In this document: positions 20,759-31,394 of the stretch, one piece after another
Numbering within the stretch: the stretch's first letter is position 1
Layout: each line of letters opens with the position of its first letter
Assembly (NCBI GenBank): GCA_963681965.1
Contig: OY820579.1
Location: forward strand, 1,376,001-1,440,000
Direction: 5' to 3'
DNA length: 64,000 nt
Source of the DNA: a bacterium
Lineage (GTDB): Bacteria; Electryoneota; JAOADG01
The notes under the pieces: generated by a model
The model's input: the letters and a program-made list of their open reading frames with translations, nothing else
What the model was told of the DNA's origin: nothing
Databases searched by the model: none
Program-made: the position numbers and the translations under genes

Positions 20759-22377
20759 TTCTTGAAGATCTCAATATTCTCGCGGAAAAGTCGATCGAAG
20801 AAGTTACGAATGCCACCCATCGCATCCATGTCTGTATGGCTGCCGGATGCATCTCCTCTGGCAGCGAAAAAGTTCTGCTGGCGCTTCGCGAAGAAGTGAA
20901 GAAGCGTGGTAAGGATGCCGAAATCCTCGTCAAAGGTGTCGGATGTATGGGTCCCTGTTCCGGTGGTCCGGTGGTAACGGTTGAAACCGAAAATATCATG
21001 TACTGCCATGTCGAACCGACCGATGTAACCGATATTATCGATCAGCTCGGCGATCAACCCGTCGAACGAATTCTGAATCCCACCAATGTCCCCTTCTTCG
21101 AACGACAAGTAAAAATTGTGCTCGAGAACTGCGGTAAGATCGATCCTGATCGGATCGACGATTATCTCGCCGCGAACGGATATTTCTCGTTGTATCGCAG
21201 CATCTCGCACCTTTCGCCATCGGAAGTGATCGATGAAATCGTGAAGAGCGGTCTGCGTGGTCGTGGTGGCGCTGGTTTCTCGACTGGACTGAAATGGCGA
21301 ACCGTTGCCAAAGCGAACAGCTCAGCTAAATACATCGTCTGCAATGCCGATGAGGGCGACCCCGGTGCATTCATGGATCGCAGTGTCCTCGAAAGCGATC
21401 CGCATCGCGTCCTTGAAGGCATGGCAATCGCTGGCATGGCGGTCGGAGCGCACAAGGGTTTCGTATATGTACGTGCCGAGTACCCGTTGGCAATCAAGCG
21501 ACTGCAAAATGCGATCAAGCAAGCGGAACGGAATGGAATCCTCGGCAATTCGGTGATGGGTTCAACGTTTAACTTCAGCGTTGAGATTCGGCTCGGTGCC
21601 GGTGCATTCGTCTGTGGTGAAGAAACCGCGTTAATGGCATCGATCGAAGGACGACGCGGTACCCCGCGACCCCGTCCACCGTATCCATCCGAACGCGGTC
21701 TGTTTGGGCAACCGACATTAATCAACAACGTCGAAACCTATTCCAATATTCCGACGATTATTCGCAACGAAGCGGCATGGTTCCAGAAGATCGGTACCGA
21801 GAAGAGCAAGGGAACGAAAGTTTTTGCGCTCGCTGGACAAGTTGTCAATACCGGATTGATCGAAGTACCGATGGGTATCACTTTACGCGAAATCGTGTTC
21901 GATATCGGTGGTGGTATTCCCAATGGCAAGCAGTTGAAAGCAATCCAAACCGGTGGTCCTGCCGGTGGGTGTATTCCCGTGTCCTGCATCGACGAACCGG
22001 TCGATTACGAAACCTTGACTCGCCTCGGATCGATGATGGGATCGGGGGGAATGATTGTCATCGACGAGACTTCGGATATGGTCGATGTCGCGAAGTATTT
22101 CATGGATTTCAGTGTCTCGGAATCGTGCGGAAAATGCGTGCCGTGCCGGGTTGGAACAGCGCAATTGTACGATTTGCTTGAGAAAATCCTACGCCACGAA
22201 GGCAGTGAAAAAGATGTTGCAATGCTGGAAGAGTTGTGCGACTTGGTTGGAGCGACCAGTTTGTGTGGTCTCGGTCAAGGCGCGCCAAATCCGGTGAGAA
22301 GTACATTACGGCATTTCCGTCACGAATATGAAGCGCATCTTCAGAGTGAAGCGGAGATGGAGGGGGTGGTTGAATGA
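20755..22377 (+). CDS. hoxF: Bidirectional hydrogenase diaphorase subunit HoxF (NuoF-like)
   Basis: SGLRGRGGAGF, CNADEGDPGAFMDR, GAGAFVCGEET, ESCGKCVPCRVG. Confidence 0.92.
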   Translation: MILEDLNILAEKSIEEVTNATHRIHVCMAAGCISSGSEKVLLALREEVKKRGKDAEILVKGVGCMGPCSGGPVVTVETENIMYCHVEPTDVTDIIDQLGDQPVERILNPTNVPFFERQVKIVLENCGKIDPDRIDDYLAANGYFSLYRSISHLSPSEVIDEIVKSGLRGRGGAGFSTGLKWRTVAKANSSAKYIVCNADEGDPGAFMDRSVLESDPHRVLEGMAIAGMAVGAHKGFVYVRAEYPLAIKRLQNAIKQAERNGILGNSVMGSTFNFSVEIRLGAGAFVCGEETALMASIEGRRGTPRPRPPYPSERGLFGQPTLINNVETYSNIPTIIRNEAAWFQKIGTEKSKGTKVFALAGQVVNTGLIEVPMGITLREIVFDIGGGIPNGKQLKAIQTGGPAGGCIPVSCIDEPVDYETLTRLGSMMGSGGMIVIDETSDMVDVAKYFMDFSVSESCGKCVPCRVGTAQLYDLLEKILRHEGSEKDVAMLEELCDLVGATSLCGLGQGAPNPVRSTLRHFRHEYEAHLQSEAEMEGVVE

Positions 22378-23099
22378 ACGGTCAACCGGTACAAGTAATC
22401 ACGATGTTCATCGACGATCGGGAAGTCGGTGCGCGATCCGATGAGACAATTCTGCAAGTCGCGAAAGAGAACGATATCTATATCCCGACACTCTGTTTCC
22501 TCGAAGGACTATCGTCGGTCGGTTCCTGCCGAATCTGCGTGGTTGAGGTGGAAGGTACAAATCGGTTGTTACCGGCATGTGTCACGCTAGTATCCGAAGG
22601 AATGAGAATCCGCACCAGTTCGGCACGGTTATCGGCATATCGCCATAAGATTCTCGAATTGCTGTTTTCCGAGCGCAATCATATTTGCGCGGTATGCGTA
22701 TCGAACGGTCATTGCGAATTGCAGCAGATGGCGGAAAAACTCGGCATGAATTTCGTGCACTATCCCTACCGCCATGCACAGTACAAAGTTGATGCGACCC
22801 ACGACCGGTATGTTTCCGATCAGAACCGCTGCATCCTCTGCTATCGTTGTGTTCGTGTCTGTGGTGAAATCGAAGGTGCTCACACACTCGATATCATGTC
22901 GCGCGGGATCAATACGCGAATTATCTCCGATCTCAATACCGATTGGGGAATTTCCGAAACCTGTACCCGCTGTGGTAAATGCGTGCAAGTCTGTCCGACT
23001 GGAGCACTAAGTGAGCGTGGTCGATCGGTCGCGGAAAATGCCAAACGACGCGCCTTCTTGCCGTACCTCACGATGATGCGGAAGGAGGATGCGGAATGA
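22374..23099 (+). CDS. hoxU: Bidirectional hydrogenase subunit HoxU
   Basis: IPTLC, CRICVVE, HICAVC, CILCYRCVRVC, CTRCGKCVQVCPTGAL. Confidence 0.92.
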   Translation: MNGQPVQVITMFIDDREVGARSDETILQVAKENDIYIPTLCFLEGLSSVGSCRICVVEVEGTNRLLPACVTLVSEGMRIRTSSARLSAYRHKILELLFSERNHICAVCVSNGHCELQQMAEKLGMNFVHYPYRHAQYKVDATHDRYVSDQNRCILCYRCVRVCGEIEGAHTLDIMSRGINTRIISDLNTDWGISETCTRCGKCVQVCPTGALSERGRSVAENAKRRAFLPYLTMMRKEDAE

Positions 23100-23629
23100 G
23101 CAAGCCGAAATTTGCCACCATCTGGCTCGACGGCTGTTCCGGTTGCCATATGTCCTTCCTCGATATCGACGAGCGCATCGTTGCACTATCCGAATTGGTC
23201 GACGTGGTCTACAGCCCATTGGTCGACAGCAAGGAGATGCCCGAGGATGTCGATATCACTTTGGTCGAAGGGGCAATCAGCAGCGTGGAAGATCTCGAAA
23301 AGATCCGAAAAGTTCGTAAGCGTACTAAGATTCTCGTCGTCATGGGCGACTGTGCAATAACCGGCAACGTTCCTGCGATGCGCAACTCGTTCGGTCCGGA
23401 AAAAGTACTTGAGCACGCGTACCTCGAAACGACTTCGCACCATCCGATGATTCCCAATGAAGTCATACCGAAACTGCTGAAGAACGTCCGTCCGGTGCAC
23501 GATGTAGTAAAAGTCGATGTCTATCTTCCCGGCTGCCCGCCGCCGGCGGATGCGATTTTTTATGTTTTGACTGAATTGTTGGCTGGGCGAGAACCGGAAA
23601 CAACCAAAGTTTCCCGGTTCGGGAAGTAG
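23096..23629 (+). CDS. hoxY: NiFe hydrogenase small subunit HoxY
   Basis: WLDGCSGCHMSFLD, GDCA, LPGCPP. Confidence 0.92.
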   Translation: MSKPKFATIWLDGCSGCHMSFLDIDERIVALSELVDVVYSPLVDSKEMPEDVDITLVEGAISSVEDLEKIRKVRKRTKILVVMGDCAITGNVPAMRNSFGPEKVLEHAYLETTSHHPMIPNEVIPKLLKNVRPVHDVVKVDVYLPGCPPPADAIFYVLTELLAGREPETTKVSRFGK

Positions 23630-23640
23630 GGGGAAAGACA

Positions 23641-25062
23641 ATGCCGAAACAGATCGTAATCGATCCCATCACCCGGATCGAAGGGCATTCGAAAATTACG
23701 CTGCAACTGGACGATCAGGGCGTCGTTCAGAAAGCCCATATCCATACGACACAATTCCGCGGATTCGAAAAATTTTGCGAAGGTCGCCCGTTTTACGAAA
23801 TGCCGTCGCTCATGGCGCGTACCTGCGGTATTTGTCCGGTATCGCATTTGATCGCTTCCGCGAAAGCATGCGATGAAATGCTCTCGGTTCAGATTCCGCA
23901 TACCGCGATGAATTTGCGCCGCATCATGAATCTTGCGCAGATCATTCAATCGCATGCGTTGAATTTCTTCTACCTGTCTGCTCCCGATTTTCTATTTGGA
24001 ATGGACGGCGATCCGAAGAGCCGCAACCTGTTCGGGATGATGAAAGAGAATCCTGAATTGGCGCGCGACGGAATCCGGATGCGTCAGATTGGACAGCAGA
24101 TCATCGAAATTCTCGGTGGTAAGCGCATTCATCCCGCGTGGGTGGTTCCTGGCGGTGTCAATGAAGCACTCTCGCTGGAACGCAGTGGGATCATCATGAA
24201 AATGATTCCGGAAGGAATCGACATCATGAAACGAACGCTCTACTGGTTCCGCTGGATGATGGAAAAATACCAACCGGAAATCGGCACGTTCGGAAATTTC
24301 CCGTCGTTGTTCCTCGGTCTGGTCGATGCCAATGGCAACTGGGAACATTACGATGGCAAATTGCGCATCGTCGATCCCGCCGGGAATATCATCGCCGATC
24401 ATTTCGAGCCGCAGCAGTACATGAAGATCATTGGCGAAGCGGTTGAGCCGTGGACCTATATGAAATTCCCATACTACAAACCGATGGGTTATCCGCATGG
24501 GATGTACCGTGTCGGCCCGCTGGCGCGATTGAACATCATCGACGCTTTCGGAACGCCGCTTGCCGATCAGGAACTTGAAGAATTCCGCGGTAAAGAGCGC
24601 AAACCGGTACTCAGTTCGTTCCATTATCATTGGGCACGGCTGATCGAAATTCTTCATGCGATGGAGAGTATCGAGAAGATGTTGAACGATCCCGAAATTC
24701 TCAGCAAGCATATTCGCGCCACTGCCGATCCGAATTGCTACGAAGGGGTTGGCGTATCGGAAGCGCCGCGCGGTACGTTGATTCATCATTACAAGATCGA
24801 TGAGCAGGGAGTGGTGACTTGGGCGAATCTCATCATTGCCACCGGTCACAACAATCTGGCGATGAATCGCGGAATTCTGCAGGTCGCGAAGAATTTCGTC
24901 GATGGCACCAATTTGCAGGAGGGGATGTTGAATCGCGTCGAAGCGGTCATTCGTGCATTCGATCCCTGCCTCAGTTGCTCGACGCATGCCAATGGCAAGA
25001 TGGCAATGACCATCGAACTTCTGGACTACGAAGGGAATCGCGTCAGTACGCTCGAGCAATAA
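23641..25062 (+). CDS. hoxH: NiFe hydrogenase large subunit HoxH (group 3d)
   Basis: TRIEGH, RTCGICPVSH (L1), DPCLSCSTH (L2) followed by a cleavable C-terminal extension. Confidence 0.94.
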   Translation: MPKQIVIDPITRIEGHSKITLQLDDQGVVQKAHIHTTQFRGFEKFCEGRPFYEMPSLMARTCGICPVSHLIASAKACDEMLSVQIPHTAMNLRRIMNLAQIIQSHALNFFYLSAPDFLFGMDGDPKSRNLFGMMKENPELARDGIRMRQIGQQIIEILGGKRIHPAWVVPGGVNEALSLERSGIIMKMIPEGIDIMKRTLYWFRWMMEKYQPEIGTFGNFPSLFLGLVDANGNWEHYDGKLRIVDPAGNIIADHFEPQQYMKIIGEAVEPWTYMKFPYYKPMGYPHGMYRVGPLARLNIIDAFGTPLADQELEEFRGKERKPVLSSFHYHWARLIEILHAMESIEKMLNDPEILSKHIRATADPNCYEGVGVSEAPRGTLIHHYKIDEQGVVTWANLIIATGHNNLAMNRGILQVAKNFVDGTNLQEGMLNRVEAVIRAFDPCLSCSTHANGKMAMTIELLDYEGNRVSTLEQ

Positions 25063-25083
25063 GACGCGTTCGAATAAACTCAA

Positions 25084-25372
25084 GTAGGGGCGGGCTCCCA
25101 CGCCCGCCTGTTCTTGTATCTTTTCTTTGGTTTCATTGTATCCTGTTCTGTCGTTGCGAGGACGACGCGAAGCGGCGGACATGGCAACCTACTCTTTTCG
25201 TCTTTTCCCAATACCCAATCCCTATCACCCACACCCTATTCTGTTGGTGGCGCAGGCCTCCGAGCCTGCGATTTTCCTGTAGTACTACCTAACTCCGAAT
25301 CGGCATTTTTGATCCTTATCTGTCATTGCGAGGACTGAATTCACCGAAGGTGAATGAAGGACGTGGCAATCT
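25084..25372. repeat. Cluster of REP-like palindromes (GTAG type and TGTCRTTGCGA...GGCAAYCT type)
   Basis: gtaggggcgggctcccacgcccgcc at 25084; tgtcgttgcgagg...catggcaacct at 25149-25190; cgcaggcctccgagcctgcg near 25251; tgtcattgcgagg...gtggcaatct at 25321-25372. Confidence 0.75.
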
Positions 25373-25497
25373 ATTTTTTTTTACACGATACACTGATTAA
25401 ACTCCGTGGCACAAATTCTCCTATCACTCATCAATTGCTTGTAAATACTCTCCATCCACATTATTATTGATATACCACCTGTCCGACCGGAGCCACT

Positions 25498-28167
25498 ATG
25501 ACTTTCCGCTATCGTACTCTACACCAATACCCGCTCGCATTCGCGACGATGCTTGTCTTCGCTCTGTCGATCCTTCTCCCGCAAATTTCTTACGCTGTCA
25601 CGGTACAATCGACGCGATTACCGCACCCGTTCCAATTCACCGAGAACAAAGGGCAGTGGGACAGTGCCGTCCTGTATAAATGCGAGGTGCGCAGCGACGG
25701 CTTCACTTGGTTCCTCGAGCGCGATGGTGTCACCCTCGTCACCTCCATCATCGATTCTTCTTCTTTGGTAGGGGCGGTTCGCGAACGCACCGATCCTTTT
25801 TCCAGTAGGGGCGGGCTCCCACACCCGCCCGCAAGCGGCAACGACGTTGCCGCCGTAGGGGCGTATGGCATACGCCCTGATCATGAATCCTTTCCATTAA
25901 AATCCCACGCGCTCAAATTCAAATTCGTGCAACCATCCGGGGACACGGGCGGTTCGCGAACCGCCCCTACCATGAATAAATACGCATCCGCAAAATGGAT
26001 TGATGCATAAGGTGAACTATCGTGGCACAACAATTATTTCTTGGGGAATGATTCCTCGAAGTGGGCGCCGGATTGCCGCAATTTCTCGCGCGTGGTGCAT
26101 CACGATGTTTGGGATGGCATCGATGTCGAATGGTATGAGAGCAAGGGACATCTCGAATTCGATTTCGTGATTCATCCTGGTGCCGATCCCAAGCAAATCA
26201 AGATGGTGTGTGAAGGGTTGGAAGCGCCAATCACAGGCGGAGGACGGACACTCTTGTCCGTCGGCTCAATAATTTCTGTCATAAAAAGGAGTCGGACAGG
26301 AGTGTCCGACCTCCACTTATCGAATGAACTTTCGCTTCCCACTTCCCTCGGCGAATTGCGAATGAGAATTCCGGGAGCTTACCAAACCACTGCGAATGGT
26401 ACACACGGAAATAATGTCACGGCACAATTCAGACTCGTGTTAGAAAATCTCTTCGCGATCGATCTGCCGAATGACTACGATGCATCTCAGGCTCTCCGGA
26501 TCGATCCGCTGGTCTACTCGACGTTTGTCGGTAGTACAGGTGACGACGAAGCATTAGCACTTGGAGTTACCAGTACGGGATCTGTTGTCATTGCAGGATC
26601 ATCCAGTGGATTTGACTATCCTACTACTCCGGGAACGATCGAACGGATGAATGCCGGATTATCGGACTGTATCATTTCCGAGTTGGATTCAACCTTGTCA
26701 CTCCTGCAATTCAGTACTTATCTCGGTGGTGTATTCAATGATTTCAGCAATGGATTGACAATTGATTCACAGAATTGTATCTACGTGACTGGTTCCACTG
26801 AGAGCGACAACTTTCCAACGACAACGAATGCATATTGCCGTTCGCATTCCGGATATCGAACTGATGATTGTTTCGTGTTACAAGTGAATTCCACTGGTTC
26901 GCAATTGCTCTACAGTTCAATGATAGGAACAAGCGCTCAAGATGTTAGTAATGATATCATAGTTGATGAATCGGATAGTAGTTGTATCATAACCGGATCT
27001 ACCGGTGGTACAAACTATCCAATAACGGCTGGTGCATATACACCTCCCTTCAACGTAGGAGCAGTCATTACTAAATTCGATATGTTCCATCCAACCTTAC
27101 TATTCAGTACTTACATTGGTGGCACAAACGGTGCTGAAGGCAAGTCTATTGTATATATTCCGCTAGATCAATCACTAATCATTGGAGGTTATACTTTCAG
27201 TTCCAATTTTCCATGCTCAAGCGATGCATTCGATTCATCTTTTCATGGAGGAGTAGATGCCTTCATATCACGAGTGAGTCACGATGGTAGCATTTTAATG
27301 AAGAGTACTTATATCGGTGGTTCCGGTGGGGATAGAATTCATGATATAGCATTGTCGCAGGATAGTATCATTATCGCTGTCGGTGTTACTGCAAGTAGTG
27401 ATTATCCCCATACTGAAAATGCATTCGATACAACCCAAAATGGAAATTATGATTGTTTTGTTACTGTTATAAATAATAATTTGTCTCATCTATTATATAG
27501 TTCATTTTTTGGTGGCACTGATAACGATATTGGTATGGCAGTTGCTCGTAATTCTTATGAAATTATTGTTACTGGAACAACTTCTAGCACAAATTTTCCG
27601 ACAACAATGAACGCGTTGCAACAGTCTTATAGTGGAGGTTCAAATGACTGTTTTGTCGTTCGTATTTCATTAGATAATCCCAATCATTTTTATAGTACAT
27701 TCCTTGGAGGATCGAGCGACGATGGCGGAGAGGATATTTGTTGCATATCAATCAGTAAAATATGCGCCATTGGCTTAACATCAAGTGCTAATTTCCCAAT
27801 TTCATCATCATGTTTTGATACATCGAGTAATGGTCAATATGACTGCTTCATCACCCAATTCACTATCGATACTACTTCGGTTCAGGAGTCTTCACTTCAC
27901 CCAAATTCCACACTTCTAGTTAAGAATTATCCCAACCCCTTCAACGCCACCACCACTCTTTCCTACACCCTCCCGTCCTTGTCTCGCGTCGATCTTCGTC
28001 TCTACGACCTCACCGGTCGCGAAGTATCGACGCTGGTGCAGCGTGAGCAGCGTGCCGGCACCTATCGCGTGTTGCTCGATGGGTCGCGCTTAGCCAGTGG
28101 AACCTATTTTGTGCGGTTGCAGGCGGGAATGTTTTCGAAGACGGAGAAGATTGTGTTGTTGAAGTAA
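25498..28167 (+). pseudogene. Secreted SBBP (beta-propeller) repeat protein with C-terminal sorting domain, split by one in-frame TAA at 26008-26010
   Basis: ORFs 25498-26010 and 26041-28167 are in the same frame and read KWIDA*GELSWHNNYFLGNDSSKW; FTENKGQW, LEFDF.I.PGADP and IDPLVYSTF motifs; repeated STYLGG/vtG.T.S.nFP units; tail NYPNPFN...KIVLLK. Confidence 0.75.
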
Positions 28168-28180
28168 TTCATAGTGTGAA

Positions 28181-28581
28181 GTAGATGCGAACATCCGTGT
28201 TCGCCCGTATCTTCTTTGGTAGGGGCGGTTCGCGAACCGCCCGAAACGTGATGTCTGAAAGACATCACGCGGATATGAAAAATAAATCAATGAATGAATC
28301 CGGAAATATTTCTGCGTCATCAATGGATTAGGGCGGTTCTCGAACCACCCCTACCACAGGAAGCATGATTCAAAAAACGCAGGCTGAAGCCTGCGGCTAC
28401 ACAAGAGAAGGTTGCCACAGCCCCTACGGGGCTTCGCAACGACAAAGCAGGATACAAGAATCAAGATACAAGCGGTGGTCAGAACAAGTTCTGACCTACG
28501 GAAAAGAAGGAATTCGCCCAAGCGGAGTTGGGCAGTACTACGGAAAAGAATGAATATGCCCAAGCGGAGTTGGGCAGTACT
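28181..28581. repeat. Dense mixed REP-like palindrome cluster
   Basis: gtaggggcggttcgcgaaccgccc at 28219; reverse copy at 28331-28354; cgcaggctgaagcctgcggctac; aggttgccacagcccctacggggcttcgcaacgaca at 28409-28444; gcccaagcggagttgggcagtact twice. Confidence 0.75.
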
Positions 28582-28737
28582 GCACAATACAATACCTACC
28601 TCTCACTAATATCATGTTTATTGTAAAAATATAATTAGTCGTCTGATATACCCCACCCCAATTTCGTATATTATTTGTTCTTGTTTACCGAAATCCGGCG
28701 TCGATAAATATTCACGCCAACAACTCAAAGGTGTACC

Positions 28738-31383
28738 ATGATTCCGTCATCCGAAATTCGTCGTCAATTCATCGAGTACTTCGAACAACGCGCCCACACG
28801 TTCGTGCCGAGCGCGCCAGTCGTGCCGCGCGACGATCCGACCCTGCTTTTCACCAATGCCGGAATGAATCAATTCAAGGATGTGTTCCTCGGTCAGGGAA
28901 CCCGCACGTATTCCCGCGCCGTCAACTCACAGAAGTGTTTGCGCGTTTCCGGAAAGCACAACGACCTCGAGGAAGTCGGCGTCGACACCTATCATCACAC
29001 CTTTTTCGAAATGCTCGGCAATTGGAGTTTCGGCGATTACTACAAGCATGAAGCCATCTCGTGGGCATGGGATCTGCTGACGAATGTCTGGAAACTGCCG
29101 AAGGACAAGCTCTACGCGACAGTATACGAAGACGACGACGAAGCGGAACAACTTTGGAAAGAGCTGACCGACATCGATCCCACACACATCTCGCGCTGGG
29201 GTAAAAAGGATAATTTCTGGGAAATGGGCGATGTCGGACCGTGCGGACCGTGCAGTGAAATTCATATCGATCGCGGAATCGAGTACGATGCCGACCCGAA
29301 AGCTGGCGTCAATACCGGTTCTGCACGGTATATGGAAATCTGGAATCTGGTATTCATTCAATACAATCGCGACGAAACGGGCACACTCACGCCGCTCCCC
29401 TCGAAACATGTCGATACCGGAATGGGCTTCGAGCGCCTCTGTTCTGTAATGCAGGGTGTTTCTTCTAACTACTCTACCGATGTTTTCCAGCCGTTAATTC
29501 AGAAAGTTGCCGAGCTATCCGGCGTTGCCTATAGCGATGGTCCCGCAGGCACACCGCACCGAGTTCTCGCCGACCACGTTCGAGCGGTATCATTTGCGAT
29601 CGCCGACGGTGCGCTTCCCGGCAATGAGGGGCGCGGTTATGTCTTGCGTCGCCTGCTCCGTCGTGCTGCCCGCTATGCCCGTCAGTTGGGCGTTACCGGT
29701 CCATTGGTGAATGAACTGGTGCCAGTCCTCGATGCGACCATGGGTGAATTCTATCCCGAACTGCGCGCCAAGAAAGACCATATCATCCGGGTGATCCGCG
29801 CCGAAGAACAGAACTTTTCCCGCACGCTGGACAACGGTATCGAACGGTTCGAATCCGAAATTGCGAAGCTACCCAAAGCTGGAACACTCTCCGGTGAAGT
29901 CGCATGGCAATTGTACGACACCTTCGGTTTCCCGCTTGACCTGACTGAACTCATGGCGCGGGAAGCTGGTTATACCGTCGATGTCAGTGGATTCAATGCG
30001 CAATTGAATGCACAACGCGAACTGGGTCGGGCATCGACTAAGGTGAAGCATCAACAAGCGGTTTTGAGCGAATGGATCATTGAGCGCGAAGGAAGTTCGC
30101 ATTTCACCGGATTCAACCGGATCGATCAAAAATCGGATGTCCTCCGCTGGCGATTGGTGAAAGAGCAGGATGAAGACATCCTCGAAGTAGTATTATCGGA
30201 AACCCCATTCTATCCCGAGGGTGGCGGTCAGTTGGCTGATTTCGGAACTCTGGCGGCGAGTGGTTTTTCCGCCGAAGTCTTCGATGTAACCAAGTCCGAT
30301 TACGGTCCAGTACACCGTTGCCGGTTGTTGGAATGGTCGGAAACGATGCCCGAAACCGTCACAGCGGAAGTGAATCGTAATCGCCGTCTCGATCTGGCGC
30401 GTAACCATACCGCGACTCACCTGTTGAATCAAGCGTTGCGCATCTTCTGCGGTCATCATATCCATCAGGCGGGTTCGCTCGTACATCCCGACTATCTTCG
30501 CTTCGACTTCACGCACTACGAAAAAGTGCCCTTGGATAAAGTTGTTGCCATCGAGAAATGGGTGAACGAACAAATTCTTGAAAACCTTCCGGTCGAACCG
30601 ACCGAAGAAGCTATGAGTGCGCTGAAAGCCGATATCGAAGCGGGCAAGATCGAAGCGATGTTCGATGAAAAGTACGGTGATACTGTACGGGTTGTGCGTG
30701 TTCGCGATCCCTTTACCCGGGAAGTTGTCTCACAGGAGTTGTGTGGTGGAACTCATGTTGCGACTACCGGCGAATTGGGCTATTTCGCCATTACCACTGA
30801 AACCGGTGCCGCTGCCGGAGTGCGCCGTATCGAAGCTGTTACCGGTCGTGCTGCGCTGGCGCGAATCCTCGATCAGGAAGCGCAATTGACACGGATGCAG
30901 GAACTCCTCAACAGTAGCGGCAGCGATATCGTTGACAAATTGACCAAAACACTCGACGAGAAGCGGGCGCAGGAAAAAGCTTTTGCCGCCCTCGAAACGC
31001 GTTGGGCACAGGCAAAGATGAATGAACTGCTAGCCACTGCTCCAATGATTGGCAGCGTGCGGGTGATCGCTGCCGAAATTGAAGGGGCATCAACCGATAC
31101 ATTGAAAACGATGTGCGATGCCGTCCGCGAACGCGAGCGAGGGGTTGTGGTGGTGCTCGGTTCGCGCGCGATGGGGAGTGCTTCCTTTGCTGCCGCAGTG
31201 ACCGAAGATCTCCTGACACTGGGTAAACTAAAAGCGGGCGATATTGTGAAGGAGGTCGCCAAGGCTGCCGGTGGTGGCGGTGGTGGCAAGGCGCACTTGG
31301 CAACAGCTGGTGCGAAAGACCCGGCACGCCTATCGGATGGCTTGGCTGTAGTCAAAACAACGATCGAAAAGTTGATTGGGTAA
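28738..31383 (+). CDS. alaS: Alanine--tRNA ligase
   Basis: DPTLLFTNAGMNQFK, HHTFFEMLGNWSFGDY, DTGMGFER, editing HTATH...ELCGGTH, C-terminal GGGGG. Confidence 0.98.
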   Translation: MIPSSEIRRQFIEYFEQRAHTFVPSAPVVPRDDPTLLFTNAGMNQFKDVFLGQGTRTYSRAVNSQKCLRVSGKHNDLEEVGVDTYHHTFFEMLGNWSFGDYYKHEAISWAWDLLTNVWKLPKDKLYATVYEDDDEAEQLWKELTDIDPTHISRWGKKDNFWEMGDVGPCGPCSEIHIDRGIEYDADPKAGVNTGSARYMEIWNLVFIQYNRDETGTLTPLPSKHVDTGMGFERLCSVMQGVSSNYSTDVFQPLIQKVAELSGVAYSDGPAGTPHRVLADHVRAVSFAIADGALPGNEGRGYVLRRLLRRAARYARQLGVTGPLVNELVPVLDATMGEFYPELRAKKDHIIRVIRAEEQNFSRTLDNGIERFESEIAKLPKAGTLSGEVAWQLYDTFGFPLDLTELMAREAGYTVDVSGFNAQLNAQRELGRASTKVKHQQAVLSEWIIEREGSSHFTGFNRIDQKSDVLRWRLVKEQDEDILEVVLSETPFYPEGGGQLADFGTLAASGFSAEVFDVTKSDYGPVHRCRLLEWSETMPETVTAEVNRNRRLDLARNHTATHLLNQALRIFCGHHIHQAGSLVHPDYLRFDFTHYEKVPLDKVVAIEKWVNEQILENLPVEPTEEAMSALKADIEAGKIEAMFDEKYGDTVRVVRVRDPFTREVVSQELCGGTHVATTGELGYFAITTETGAAAGVRRIEAVTGRAALARILDQEAQLTRMQELLNSSGSDIVDKLTKTLDEKRAQEKAFAALETRWAQAKMNELLATAPMIGSVRVIAAEIEGASTDTLKTMCDAVRERERGVVVVLGSRAMGSASFAAAVTEDLLTLGKLKAGDIVKEVAKAAGGGGGGKAHLATAGAKDPARLSDGLAVVKTTIEKLIG

Positions 31384-31394
31384 CAGTATTTATG

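Noticed and set aside
23992-25182. 396-aa antisense ORF over hoxH, and similar shadow ORFs over the MCP, hoxF, alaS, iorAB and R-M genes
   Set aside because: They lie opposite well-supported genes, have no motifs, and are expected from codon bias.
28590-28737. T-box leader upstream of alaS
   Set aside because: No AAxxxGGGUGGxACC T-box sequence or terminator is present; the upstream region is REP-like repeats.
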